Assembly (NCBI GenBank): GCA_013286215.1 | Contig: JABDGC010000001.1 | Span: forward strand, 92,564 to 156,563 | Source of the DNA: Gammaproteobacteria bacterium | GTDB lineage: Bacteria; Pseudomonadota; Gammaproteobacteria; DSM-16500 | DNA: 64,000 nt | Direction: 5' to 3' | In this document: positions 42,757 to 52,031 of the stretch, piece after piece | Position numbering within the stretch: position 1 is the first letter of the stretch | Layout of the letters: each line of letters begins with the position of its first letter | Notes under the pieces: model-generated | The model's input: the letters and a program-made list of their open reading frames with translations, nothing else | Database searches by the model: none | Told to the model about the DNA's origin: nothing | Translations under genes and position numbers: made by a program

Positions 42757-43540
42757 GTCCGATTGATTTTAAACGACTGCGGATGTGATCCGCGGTGCGT
42801 TTGTCCTTGATGGGGCCGATTTGCACTTGATAGATCACCCGTGGCCCCTGGGCGAGGGATTTGACGTGAATGTGATTGTTGAACATTTTGGCGAGACGCT
42901 GCTGCAGCCGCGCGGCGCTAATCTTTTCCCGGTATTGAGCCACCTCCAGATAAAGCGGAGAAGAGCAACCGGGCAGGAGATGCTTTTTGTGTGCGGCGAA
43001 GCGAGCGGAAGGTGGTACGCGCGCTCCCGGATCCAGGGCTTTGATTTCAACCAGGGCCGTTCCGCGACCCGACATCCCCAGTTTTTTGGCGGCGGCGTAG
43101 GATAGGTCGATTAAACGATTCGGTTCAAAGGGGCCGCGATCATTGACTTTCACGATCACGTGTTGCCCATTTTCAAGGTTGGTAACTTGCAGGTAGGTCG
43201 GCAGAGGTAGGGTTCGATGCGCTGCCGTCATGGCGAGCATATCATACCGTTCCCCGTTCGAGGTTCGGCGTTTATCAAATTGCGTTCCATACCAGGAGGC
43301 GATGCCGACGGCGAGGTAATTTTTACGGGACGGCAGAACATGATAGGTTTTGCCGAAGACTTTATAGGTCGGCTTATTACCCAGCCTACTGAGTGGTTCC
43401 GCCTTGGGAACGGCATCCGGAATTCTGGAAACATCGACCGGATAGGGCGGCGGACCATCCTTTTTATGCGAGGACCAACAGCCGCTGAGCAGCAGACTCA
43501 GTAAACAGAACACCAAGGTGATGTATTGTTTCATGCTCAT
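42725..43540 (-). CDS. rlpA: septal ring lytic transglycosylase RlpA (DPBB + SPOR domains)
   Basis: Lipobox LLLSGC, the DPBB segment ASWYGTQFDKRRTSNGERYD..MTAAHRTLPLPTYLQVTNLENGQHVIVKVNDRGPF, and a C-terminal SPOR-like repeat. Confidence 0.9.
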   Translation of the reverse strand: MSMKQYITLVFCLLSLLLSGCWSSHKKDGPPPYPVDVSRIPDAVPKAEPLSRLGNKPTYKVFGKTYHVLPSRKNYLAVGIASWYGTQFDKRRTSNGERYDMLAMTAAHRTLPLPTYLQVTNLENGQHVIVKVNDRGPFEPNRLIDLSYAAAKKLGMSGRGTALVEIKALDPGARVPPSARFAAHKKHLLPGCSSPLYLEVAQYREKISAARLQQRLAKMFNNHIHVKSLAQGPRVIYQVQIGPIKDKRTADHIRSRLKSIGLASKKVAYDF

Positions 43541-44538
43541 CTATCGTTCCTTTTTTCCTTTTTATAAGTCAAGATGTTCCGGCTCAGTTGATAAACGGCC
43601 ATGGCGTAGAGATTACTGGAATTATACCTTTTTATGACGTCAAAATCATGAAACACCAGCCAATATTCCTTGCCCTTCAAGCCATCGAGCGTAATTAACT
43701 TTAAGGGATATCCTGGGCGAATTTTATGCTGCGGGGTGATGCCATAGCGCGCCAGGTCGCGGGCATAAAAGACGCTGGACGGGCTGTCGCTATTGAGAAG
43801 CGTGAGGTAGGCCTTGCCTTCAACCTTAGCTGGAACAGCAATAAACTGAGGACTCTTCCAGCCATGTTCCTTATAGTAATTGGCGATGCTGGCGATGGCG
43901 TCTTGGGTGTTGTGGATTAAATCAATGTGGGTTTTTTTAGAAAAGCTGGCTGCATAGTAGCGATAGCTGCTGGGCATAAATTGAGGAGCGCCAATGGCGC
44001 CAGCATAAGAACCCTGGATTTTAAAGGGGTCCAGACGTTGTTCGCGGGTCAAGAGGAGGAAGTGTTCCAGTTCCCCGCGGAAATAGTTGGCGCGCGGTTG
44101 GTCGCTGAAGGAGAGATTGGACAAGGAGTCGATGACGCGATAATTGCCGGAACGCTTGCCATAGAGGGTTTCAACGCCTAGGGTGGCGATAATGATGCTG
44201 CCGGGAACGCCATATTTTGTTTCTGCCTGGACCAGGGAGCGATGATATTTCTTGCGGAAGGCCGCACCCTGGGCGATGTGATCTTCTTCAATAAAAACAC
44301 GCTGGTACAACTTCCAGGTTTCTTTTTCCAGGGGGTGCCTCATGTTTTCAATGACCTGAGGTTGCGGCTTGACCGACTTCAGCAGGGCCAGCAATTTTTT
44401 TTTGCTGTAGTGATGTTTGTCCTGCATGCGCTGAATGAACGTCTTAACATCCGGTTTTTGAATTAAGATTTCATCGGCGAAAGCAACAGGCGAAAAAAGT
44501 ACGCAGAAAATGCAGGTTATTTTAAGAAAAAAATTCAT
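43537..44538 (-). CDS. mltB: lytic murein transglycosylase B family protein
   Basis: 333 aa with a signal peptide, LGVETLYG (catalytic Glu context) and GAIGAPQFMPSSY. The stop overlaps the rlpA start (ATGA). Confidence 0.85.
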   Translation of the reverse strand: MNFFLKITCIFCVLFSPVAFADEILIQKPDVKTFIQRMQDKHHYSKKKLLALLKSVKPQPQVIENMRHPLEKETWKLYQRVFIEEDHIAQGAAFRKKYHRSLVQAETKYGVPGSIIIATLGVETLYGKRSGNYRVIDSLSNLSFSDQPRANYFRGELEHFLLLTREQRLDPFKIQGSYAGAIGAPQFMPSSYRYYAASFSKKTHIDLIHNTQDAIASIANYYKEHGWKSPQFIAVPAKVEGKAYLTLLNSDSPSSVFYARDLARYGITPQHKIRPGYPLKLITLDGLKGKEYWLVFHDFDVIKRYNSSNLYAMAVYQLSRNILTYKKEKRNDR

Positions 44539-44586
44539 CGATCATTCCTTATTGCTATTATATATATTCGGTTTCATTATTCTATA

Positions 44587-45714
44587 CTAGGTCGTAATCA
44601 ATTTGCGATGAGTCTTGATCGACATGAGCATCCCTAAACTGACCATGGCCGTCACGAGCGAGGATCCCCCATAGCTGACCAGGGGCAGGGGCAGTCCGAC
44701 CACCGGCAGAATGCCGGTCACCATGCCCATATTAATGAAAAAGGACAAAAAGAAGGTGATGGTGATGCTGCCGCCAAGCAGGCGGGTAAAGGTATCCTGG
44801 GCGTTACTGGCGATATAGAGCCCGCGCATGACAATGAACATATATAAGAGAATCAAAATCACGTTGCCAGTAAAGCCAAATTCCTCGCTGCAGACGGCAA
44901 AAATAAAGTCCGTGGTGTGTTCCGGCAGGAAGTGTAAATGGGATTGGGTTCCGGTCAGCCAGCCTTTGCCAAAGAAGCCACCGGAGCCAATCGCGATTTT
45001 AGATTGAATGATGTGATAGCCCGCTCCCAGGGGATCCCGCTCCGGGTTAAGGAAGGTCAGCACCCGCTGGCGTTGGTACTCATGCATAAAGTACCAGAGC
45101 AAAGGCAGGCCGGTGAGTAAGAGCAGGCTGAGGCTAAAAATAAAACGCAGGCTGAGGCCAGCAAAAAAGAGGACCGAGGCACCCGTTGCCAGGAGTAAAA
45201 TCGCCGTACCTAAGTCCGGCTGTTTGGCAGTCAGCAAGACGGGAATAAAAATAATCAACGCCGAGACCAGGAGGGTCTTAAAGGAGAGCGGCAGGTGGAC
45301 TTTATTGTAGTACCAGGCGAGTAGCAGCGGGATGGCGAATTTCATGAATTCCGCCGGTTGAAAGCGAAAACCGCTGATGCTGAGCCAGCGTTGCGCGCCC
45401 TTGCCGATATGACCGATGAGCAAGACAGCGACGAGAAAAAACAGGCTGAAACCGTAGATCCAAGGAGCCCACCGTTGCCAGGTGACCGGCGGCACCTGGG
45501 CGACGAGGAACAGGAGTCCGGCGGCGAGCAGAATATGCATCAGCTGTTTTTCAATCAGCACTAGGTTTTGGTTGCCGGCGCTGTATAAAATGAAGAGACC
45601 CAGTAACAACAGCAGGAGCATGGCCCATAAGAGCGGCAGGTCCAGGTGGAGGTAATCGCTTAAGCGGAAGGTGGGTCCACTTTTGTTTCTTTGGAGGCGG
45701 TCGTGGGTCGTCAT
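44587..45714 (-). CDS. mrdB: peptidoglycan glycosyltransferase RodA (SEDS family)
   Basis: 375 aa, polytopic, with LPEHTTDFIFAVCSEEFG. It overlaps the mrdA stop by 4 nt. Confidence 0.92.
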   Translation of the reverse strand: MTTHDRLQRNKSGPTFRLSDYLHLDLPLLWAMLLLLLLGLFILYSAGNQNLVLIEKQLMHILLAAGLLFLVAQVPPVTWQRWAPWIYGFSLFFLVAVLLIGHIGKGAQRWLSISGFRFQPAEFMKFAIPLLLAWYYNKVHLPLSFKTLLVSALIIFIPVLLTAKQPDLGTAILLLATGASVLFFAGLSLRFIFSLSLLLLTGLPLLWYFMHEYQRQRVLTFLNPERDPLGAGYHIIQSKIAIGSGGFFGKGWLTGTQSHLHFLPEHTTDFIFAVCSEEFGFTGNVILILLYMFIVMRGLYIASNAQDTFTRLLGGSITITFFLSFFINMGMVTGILPVVGLPLPLVSYGGSSLVTAMVSLGMLMSIKTHRKLITT

Positions 45715-47558
45715 GTGCCTGTTCCTATTCCCGTTAAATAATAATCTAAAAGTTCTTTGACAATGGGTACGGCGGCTAAGCGGTCATTTTCAATAATAAT
45801 GGCAAGCGCGATTTTAGGCTGATCCACTGGCGCAAAAGCGATGAACAAGCCGTGATCGCGAAATTGTTCCGGTAGTTTTTTCTGGTTTTCCACCCCATCT
45901 TCATCCTGTCTTTTGGCGTGGACCTGGGCTGTGCCGGTTTTAGCCGCGATGGTATAGCTGGGATGCGGTCCAAAACGATGAGCCGTCCCCTCCGGTGAGT
46001 CAACGACTTTTTGCATGGCCTGAATGATGAGGTCCCAATTTTCCTCGTCGTGCAGGCTAAGGGTGTCCAGGAGGATGGGAGTCTGGTATTCAATAGGTTT
46101 CTCCGGTTCCTGCTGCTTGTAGACCAGCGTGGGAACCATGCGCTTACCGCGGTTGGCCAGGGTGGCCACGGCGGCAGCCAATTGCATCGGCGTGGCCTGC
46201 ATATTGCCTTGCCCGATGGCGGAAATAATGGTGTCGCCTTCATACCAAGGCGTCTTTTTAAACCGCCGTTTCCATTCTGGGGAGGAGACGACGCCAGGCA
46301 CTTCTTCCTCCAGCTCCACGCCACTCACTTCACCAAAGCCGAAACGATGCAAAACATCGTCGATGCGGCGGATGCCCAGTCTCGTCGCAAGTTCATAAAA
46401 ATAAACGTCGCAGGAAGTGGTGATAGCGCGCGACAGATTGACCGTGCCATGGGCGTGCATATCGCGAAAAACATGTTCGCTGTTGTTTAACATAAACCAA
46501 CCAGGGTCGAAGATGGTGTCCTCGGGAGCAATCAGTTCATTGTCGATGGCCTCCAGAGCTAGATAGGGTTTGATAGTGGATGCGAGCGGATAGAGTCCGC
46601 GCACCGCCCGGTTGTAGAGTGGGTGATCCGGCATTTGCTGTAGCTGCTTAAAGTCAGCGGAGGTAATGCCAAGGACAAAGAGATTAGCGTCATAGCTCGG
46701 CATGCTGACCAGCGCTAAAATCTGGCCGGTGGCGGGTTCGATGGCGACCAGGGCACCGCGGTGTCCTGTCATGGCTTTCTCTGCCTGGAGCTGCAGGTTG
46801 CTGTCGATTGAGAGATAGAGATTTTTACCGGGGGTGGGCTTGGTTTGTTTCAGAACGCGAATTGCCTCGCCGTTGGCGTCGGTTTCCACTTCCTGATAGC
46901 CGGCTTTGCCGTGCAAGTCTTCTTCATAATATTTTTCAATGCCCAGTTTACCGATAGCGTGGCTGGCGCTGTAGTTGGCGGGGTCAATTTTACTGAATTC
47001 ATCACTATTGATTTGGCCTAAATAACCGAGCACATGACTAAAACTGTTGCCCAGCGGATAGTGGCGAATCAGGCGGCCTTTGATTAAAAAACCGGGAAAG
47101 CGATGTTGATTTTCGGCGAAGCGCGAAACCTCCACTTCCGTCAGGCGCAGCTTTAAGGGAATTTCCTCGAAACGGCGGTGCTGTTTTAGCTGTTTCTGAA
47201 AGAGCGTCAAGTCCAACTCGGATAAGTGAACGAGCTTACCGACTTCTGGCAGCATTTTAGCCAGGTTATGCGCCTTGTCTGGAATGAGGTCGAGACTGAA
47301 GACAGGGATATTGTCGGCGAGCAAGACACCATTGCGGTCATAAATTAAGCCGCGGGTGGGCTCGAGGGGAACCAGGTCCATGGCGTTATGAGTGGACATC
47401 GTGGTGTAGAGGAGATTTTTATAAAGTTGCAGATAGGCCAGCCGACCCACGAGCAAGAGGGCCAGGATCAGCATGATCAGCAGTGCTAGCCAGGAGCGGC
47501 GCGTCGTTAATTGAACCTCATGGCTGATATTTTTAAAGGGGATGCGCGATTTTTGCAT
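45711..47558 (-). CDS. mrdA: penicillin-binding protein 2 (elongasome transpeptidase)
   Basis: 615 aa with an N-terminal anchor and transpeptidase motifs ASTIKP (SxxK) and KTGTAQ (KTG). Confidence 0.92.
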   Translation of the reverse strand: MQKSRIPFKNISHEVQLTTRRSWLALLIMLILALLLVGRLAYLQLYKNLLYTTMSTHNAMDLVPLEPTRGLIYDRNGVLLADNIPVFSLDLIPDKAHNLAKMLPEVGKLVHLSELDLTLFQKQLKQHRRFEEIPLKLRLTEVEVSRFAENQHRFPGFLIKGRLIRHYPLGNSFSHVLGYLGQINSDEFSKIDPANYSASHAIGKLGIEKYYEEDLHGKAGYQEVETDANGEAIRVLKQTKPTPGKNLYLSIDSNLQLQAEKAMTGHRGALVAIEPATGQILALVSMPSYDANLFVLGITSADFKQLQQMPDHPLYNRAVRGLYPLASTIKPYLALEAIDNELIAPEDTIFDPGWFMLNNSEHVFRDMHAHGTVNLSRAITTSCDVYFYELATRLGIRRIDDVLHRFGFGEVSGVELEEEVPGVVSSPEWKRRFKKTPWYEGDTIISAIGQGNMQATPMQLAAAVATLANRGKRMVPTLVYKQQEPEKPIEYQTPILLDTLSLHDEENWDLIIQAMQKVVDSPEGTAHRFGPHPSYTIAAKTGTAQVHAKRQDEDGVENQKKLPEQFRDHGLFIAFAPVDQPKIALAIIIENDRLAAVPIVKELLDYYLTGIGTGT

Positions 47559-47573
47559 CGGTTTCTCCTTCCC

Positions 47574-48548
47574 CTATGAGCATAAGATATCATTCATTTC
47601 AAGCAAATCCTTTTGTTGAAAGATGCGTGGTGGATGATCCGCTGCAGGAAAGGGATACAAAGAAAGATGATCGTTTCTAAAGGCGACCATCTGATGGGAT
47701 TCGCCGTTTCGCAAGGCCTGAATTGCCAGATAGCCCATGGCGGAAGCCAGGCTGCGATCTTGGGCGCTCGGTGAGCCGCCACGTTGAATGTGCCCCAGAA
47801 CACAAACCCGGAACGGCTGCTGGGTTAAATGATGGAGTTTTTCAGCCATTTGGATGCTTCTGCCGGGTTGATTGGCCTCCGCGACTACGATAATGGCGCT
47901 GAGTTTCGATTGGCGGCGCTGACTTAATTTTTGGGCTATTTTTTCTAAAGAAGGCTCAAACTCGGGTATCAGAATAATTTCTGCTCCGCCGGCGATGCCC
48001 ACGTCCACCGCCAAAAAGCCGGCGTTTCTTCCCATGACCTCGACTAAAAAATGCCGGTAGTGGCTGGAGGCGGTGTCTCTTATTTTGTCGATAGCCTGCA
48101 GGGCATTGTTGCGCGCGGTGTCAAAGCCGATGGTATATTCCGTTCCTGGAATATCATTGTCGATGGTGCAGGGGATGCCAATGACCGCCAGTTTCCCGCC
48201 GCTTTCCTGGGACAGCAACGAGGCGCCGCAAAAACTGCCGTTGCCGCCGAGGACCACCATGCCGTCGATCCGGTTTTTTTCTAGAAAAGCACGGCAGCGA
48301 TCTCGGGTTTCCTTTTCATAAAAGGCTTGGCAGCGATCTGCTTTTAAAAGCGTTCCGCCCGTTTGAATGCAATTGGCAACATTTTCCGGAAAGAGAGGGA
48401 TTAATTTTTGGTCAATAATGCCTTGAAAGCCCTGCTGACAGCCAAAAACTTCCAAACCGAAATGAACGCCGGAGCGAACCAACGCCCTTAGGGCGGCATT
48501 CATGCCAGGCGCGTCGCCGCCAGAGGTCAGGACTATAATTTTATTCAT
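47574..48548 (-). CDS. pfkA: 6-phosphofructokinase
   Basis: LTSGGDAPGMNAA, GIPCTIDNDIPGT and LGHIQRGGSP. Confidence 0.9.
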   Translation of the reverse strand: MNKIIVLTSGGDAPGMNAALRALVRSGVHFGLEVFGCQQGFQGIIDQKLIPLFPENVANCIQTGGTLLKADRCQAFYEKETRDRCRAFLEKNRIDGMVVLGGNGSFCGASLLSQESGGKLAVIGIPCTIDNDIPGTEYTIGFDTARNNALQAIDKIRDTASSHYRHFLVEVMGRNAGFLAVDVGIAGGAEIILIPEFEPSLEKIAQKLSQRRQSKLSAIIVVAEANQPGRSIQMAEKLHHLTQQPFRVCVLGHIQRGGSPSAQDRSLASAMGYLAIQALRNGESHQMVAFRNDHLSLYPFPAADHPPRIFQQKDLLEMNDILCS

Positions 48549-48629
48549 TTTTTATCACTACTTCAGTTATAATCTTTTAAGCTGCTATATTGAATAATGT
48601 ATCACTTTATAACCTTAGGAGAAATTGTT

Positions 48630-48896
48630 ATGAAATTTAAATTACTAGCCGTGCTGGCCATCGCCGGACTTTGCGCTGGCTCGCTGGCCATGGCGGGGAA
48701 TGGCAACAAAATGTTAGCGGATGACAGTTCCAGTCAATCCTCGTCGGGTGGTTCCGATAATTCATCGGGCACGGGTAATTCGTCCGGCGGTGCCACGGAT
48801 AATAATGCCGGCAGCTCTCAAGACAGCAGCATGCCGCCCGCGAGTGATGACAACTCTGGCAGCACCGACACAGGCACTGGAGATGATGATTATTAA
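48630..48896 (+). CDS. small secreted acidic Ser/Gly/Asp-rich protein (88 aa)
   Basis: SD aggag at 48617..48621 and a signal peptide (MKFKLLAVLAIAGLCAGSLAMA/G). The low-complexity region DDSSSQSSSGGSDNSSGTGNSSGG...TGTGDDDY follows. Confidence 0.55.
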   Translation: MKFKLLAVLAIAGLCAGSLAMAGNGNKMLADDSSSQSSSGGSDNSSGTGNSSGGATDNNAGSSQDSSMPPASDDNSGSTDTGTGDDDY

Positions 48897-48930
48897 AAAG
48901 CAATAACGTTGCCTCCGGCGCAAATAAGTT

Positions 48931-48956
48931 TCAGCTGGAGTGTGCACTCCAGCTGA
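48931..48956. terminator. perfect 11-bp hairpin downstream of the small acidic protein gene
   Basis: tcagctggagt-gtgc-actccagctga. The flanks are A/T-rich but there is no long T-tract. Confidence 0.45.
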
Positions 48957-49044
48957 ATTAGAAGTAGCCTGACGCTCCGCGTTATGGCTGCAGTCGCAAA
49001 CTTTTAAGGAACGATAGATGACGGCTTACTGTCATTCTTGCAGA

Positions 49045-49082
49045 GTGGGTTAGGCAAGTTCTAACCCACCTTTGTTCTTTTG
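49045..49082 (+). terminator. intrinsic terminator-like hairpin plus T-tract with no annotated upstream gene end
   Basis: gtgggttag-gcaagtt-ctaacccac (9-bp stem) is followed by ctttgttcttttgg. Confidence 0.55.
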
Positions 49083-49151
49083 GCCGTAGCCGGCATTTGG
49101 GTCACAGCCAAGCTGACTCTAGTCGAGGCTTAATTGCGCCCACCCACACTT

Positions 49152-49185
49152 AATCTCCCCTTTGAAAAAGGGGGTTGGGGGGATT
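49152..49185. repeat. short REP-like palindrome (translates as the ...PFEKGGWGD... pseudo-peptide)
   Basis: aatctcccctttgaaaaagggggttggggggatt, with imperfect inverted arms around tttgaaaaa. Confidence 0.5.
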
Positions 49186-49210
49186 TATATAAACCCTTCC
49201 TCACTTATCA

Positions 49211-50644
49211 TCAGCGTTTCATTACACGCATATCCGTATCTCGCTCAAAATGCTTACCAATGATCTCAGCAATACAGGCGGTCAGTTTTTTTCCGGCGGG
49301 GATATGCAAAAATTCATTCGGACCATGGGCGTTTGAGCTGGGTCCCAATAAGCCGGTAATTAAAAACTGCGCCTCAGGGAATTTCTTGCCCAGCATGCCC
49401 ATGAAAGGAATGGAGCCGCCTTCGCCCATATAAACCACGCCTTTGCCAAAATAGGTTTTGGAAGCGTGGTCTGCCGCCGCACTGAGCCAAGGGCTTTCCG
49501 CCGGCGCGTTCCAGCCCGAGCCGCTGTCGGTGGTTTCATAGCGAATTTTGGCATGGTAGGGCGCATTTGCTTCCAGCGTGGTTTTTAAAATTTTAGCGGC
49601 TTTTTCTGCATCGCAGGTCGGTGGCAAACGCATGGATAATTTGAAGGCGAGCTTGGGCAGCGTGACGTTTCCGGCATTATTGATTTCGGGGAGACCCTCC
49701 GCGCCAATGATGGAGAGCGCCGGCTTCCAGCTGTGATTTAACAGTAAATCCAGCGGCTGGCTCGAGATGGGTTTGGCGCCGCACACGAAGGGCAGCATGC
49801 GGTAGGTTTCCTCTCCCAAAACCGCCGCGGCTTCTTTTGCTTGCTGGATGCGTTGTGCTGGGATCGTGACTTGCAGGTCATGCAGCAAAATTTCGCCGTT
49901 GCTGTCTTTTTCAATGCGGTTTAATAACTGGCGCAGGATTTGAAAACAGGAGGGAACGATGCCGCTGGCCAAGCCGGAGTGAACGCCCTGGGTGAGGATC
50001 TCGATATGCAAGTTGCCGCTGGTCAGACCGCGTAAAGAAGTGGTTACCCACAGTTGCTCGTAGTTGCCGCAGCCGGAATCGAGGCAGATGATGAGGTTGG
50101 GATTGCCAATGCGGTCCTGCAGGGCTTCAATGTAATAAGGGAGATCGTAACTGCCACTTTCTTCGCAGGCCTCAATCAGGATCACGCAGCGCGCATGCGG
50201 TTTTTTTTGCGCGCGCAGGGACAGGAGGGCTGCCAGGGAGGCAAAGGCCGAATAGCCGTCGTCGGCGCCGCCGCGGCCATAGAGTTTGTCGTGCTGGAGT
50301 ACGGGTTTCCAGGGATGCAGTTCGGGGTCCCAGCCGGTCATCTCCGGCTGTTTGTCCAAATGACCATAGAGCAGCACGGTTTCCTCGGAGTTGCCGGGCA
50401 GTTCCATGAAAAGAATCGGCGTGCGGTTATTTAATTGCATGACCTCAAGGTCCAGGTCTTCCGGCCCGTGTTTTTTGCACCACTCGGCGATGAGATGCAC
50501 CGCTTGCATCATATAGCCGTTTTTCTGCCACTCAGGGTCAAAGTGCGGCGATTTATTCGGGATGCGGATATAATCCATGAGGGTTGGGATAATGGCGTCA
50601 TCCCAGATTTGATCGACAAAGTTTTTATTTTCTTGACTGTTCAT
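49211..50644 (-). CDS. M20 family metallopeptidase (dipeptidase-like)
   Basis: LYGHLDKQP and YGRGGADDGY metal-ligand motifs. The start at 50644 (MNSQENK) is preferred because the longer ORF start runs into the palindromic element. Confidence 0.85.
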   Translation of the reverse strand: MNSQENKNFVDQIWDDAIIPTLMDYIRIPNKSPHFDPEWQKNGYMMQAVHLIAEWCKKHGPEDLDLEVMQLNNRTPILFMELPGNSEETVLLYGHLDKQPEMTGWDPELHPWKPVLQHDKLYGRGGADDGYSAFASLAALLSLRAQKKPHARCVILIEACEESGSYDLPYYIEALQDRIGNPNLIICLDSGCGNYEQLWVTTSLRGLTSGNLHIEILTQGVHSGLASGIVPSCFQILRQLLNRIEKDSNGEILLHDLQVTIPAQRIQQAKEAAAVLGEETYRMLPFVCGAKPISSQPLDLLLNHSWKPALSIIGAEGLPEINNAGNVTLPKLAFKLSMRLPPTCDAEKAAKILKTTLEANAPYHAKIRYETTDSGSGWNAPAESPWLSAAADHASKTYFGKGVVYMGEGGSIPFMGMLGKKFPEAQFLITGLLGPSSNAHGPNEFLHIPAGKKLTACIAEIIGKHFERDTDMRVMKR

Positions 50645-50680
50645 GGTCTCGCTCCCTTTCCTTTGAGTCTTAACTTGGCA

Positions 50681-50869
50681 TTGTTGAATCAACCGGATTT
50701 CCCGCTAAAGTCCCCTTTCCTCCACGCTTTTGGTGGAGGAAAGGGCTAGGGATAGGAGGTAAAAACGATTCATCAATTTAAAATCATTGCTTACCTCCTC
50801 TCCCCAACCCTCGCCTCCACCAAGAGCGTGGAGGCGAGCGGGCTGTATGAAATCGGATTTATTCAACAA
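50681..50869. repeat. ~190-bp composite palindrome made of two type-B REP units in inverted orientation (MITE-like)
   Basis: The outer arms are ttgttgaatcaaccggatttc and gaaatcggatttattcaacaa (18/21 complementary). The inner hairpins are ccctttcctccac-gcttttg-gtggaggaaaggg and ccctcgcctccac-caagagc-gtggaggcgag.ggg. The units share (g)cttacctcc / atcgtttttacctcc with 4406..4473. Confidence 0.8.
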
Positions 50870-50900
50870 TACCATCTTAAATATAATCTATCATCTTAGC

Positions 50901-51974
50901 CTATTCGCTTCCTATTCGCTTCCTATTCGCTTGCGCTAATTTTTCCAGCAAGGGTTCGGTTTCTTGCCAGGAAAGACAGGCGTCCGTAATGCTCTGTCCG
51001 TAGGTGAGCGTTTGGGGGTGCCCCAGTTTTTGTTTGCCGCCAACCAGATGACTTTCCAGCATGACGCCGCAAAGCGGGAAAGGCTGCAGACCTTTCAAAC
51101 CCTGTTCCAGATAGCGGCTGAGGCTTTCCACCACCTGCGCTTGTTGCTCATGTTGTCTTCCGCAATTATCGTGACTGCAATCGATCATCAGGCGTGGCTC
51201 GAGACCGGCTGCGGTCAGCTCGTGGACGGCAGTTTGAATATGCGTTTCGGAATAATTGGGTGACTGCAGAGAGCCGCGCAAAATGATATGACAGGCTTCG
51301 TTACCACTGGTTTGAATGGCGGCCGTTTCTCCCTGGGCGTTGAGACCGAGATAATGGTGCGGCGCTGAGGCGACTTTGCTAGCTTGAATGGCGATCTGGA
51401 TATTGCCGTCGACGGAGTTTTTAAAACCGACCGGCATCGGCAAGCCGGAGGCCAGTTCACGATGAATTTGACTGGCGGCGGTGCGGGCACCGATGGCGCA
51501 CCAGGAAATGAGGTCCTGTAGATAGCAGGGAGAAAAGGGATCGAGAAATTCACAGGCGGCCGGCAAGTGGTGGTTGATTTCGAGCAGTATTTTGCGACTT
51601 AAAAAGAGACCCTGTTCTATATTGTGGCTGTTATCAAGGTGAGGGTCATAAATTAAACCTTTCCAGCCTTCAGCAGTGCGGGGTTTGGAGACATAGGTAC
51701 GCATGACCACAAAGAGTTCATCGGCATAGCGATCCGCCGCTGTTTTTAAACGCTCCGCATACTCGAGGGCGGCTGCTTCTTCATGCAGGGAACAAGGGCC
51801 GACCAGAACAGCCAGGCGGGAGTCTTGGCCCCGAATAATGCGGGTCAACGTGCGGCGGGCTTCAGATATCGCTTTAACCAGCTTTGCCTCAAGAGGTAAA
51901 CTAGTAATAAGGCTGCTCGGTTTCGGGAGCCGCTTTTCACTGCGGACACGGGTTAGATTTTCATTATTATTCAT
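50901..51974 (-). CDS. aroG: 3-deoxy-7-phosphoheptulonate (DAHP) synthase, class I
   Basis: VGPCSLHE, SKPRTAEGWKGLIYDP and MIDCSHDNC. Isozyme specificity (G/F/H) cannot be determined from sequence alone. Confidence 0.88.
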   Translation of the reverse strand: MNNNENLTRVRSEKRLPKPSSLITSLPLEAKLVKAISEARRTLTRIIRGQDSRLAVLVGPCSLHEEAAALEYAERLKTAADRYADELFVVMRTYVSKPRTAEGWKGLIYDPHLDNSHNIEQGLFLSRKILLEINHHLPAACEFLDPFSPCYLQDLISWCAIGARTAASQIHRELASGLPMPVGFKNSVDGNIQIAIQASKVASAPHHYLGLNAQGETAAIQTSGNEACHIILRGSLQSPNYSETHIQTAVHELTAAGLEPRLMIDCSHDNCGRQHEQQAQVVESLSRYLEQGLKGLQPFPLCGVMLESHLVGGKQKLGHPQTLTYGQSITDACLSWQETEPLLEKLAQANRKRIGSE

Positions 51975-52031
51975 AGTGTTATTTTTGCAGGCCGAACTTC
52001 TGGATTCTGATTATAATTAATAGGGAGTGAA

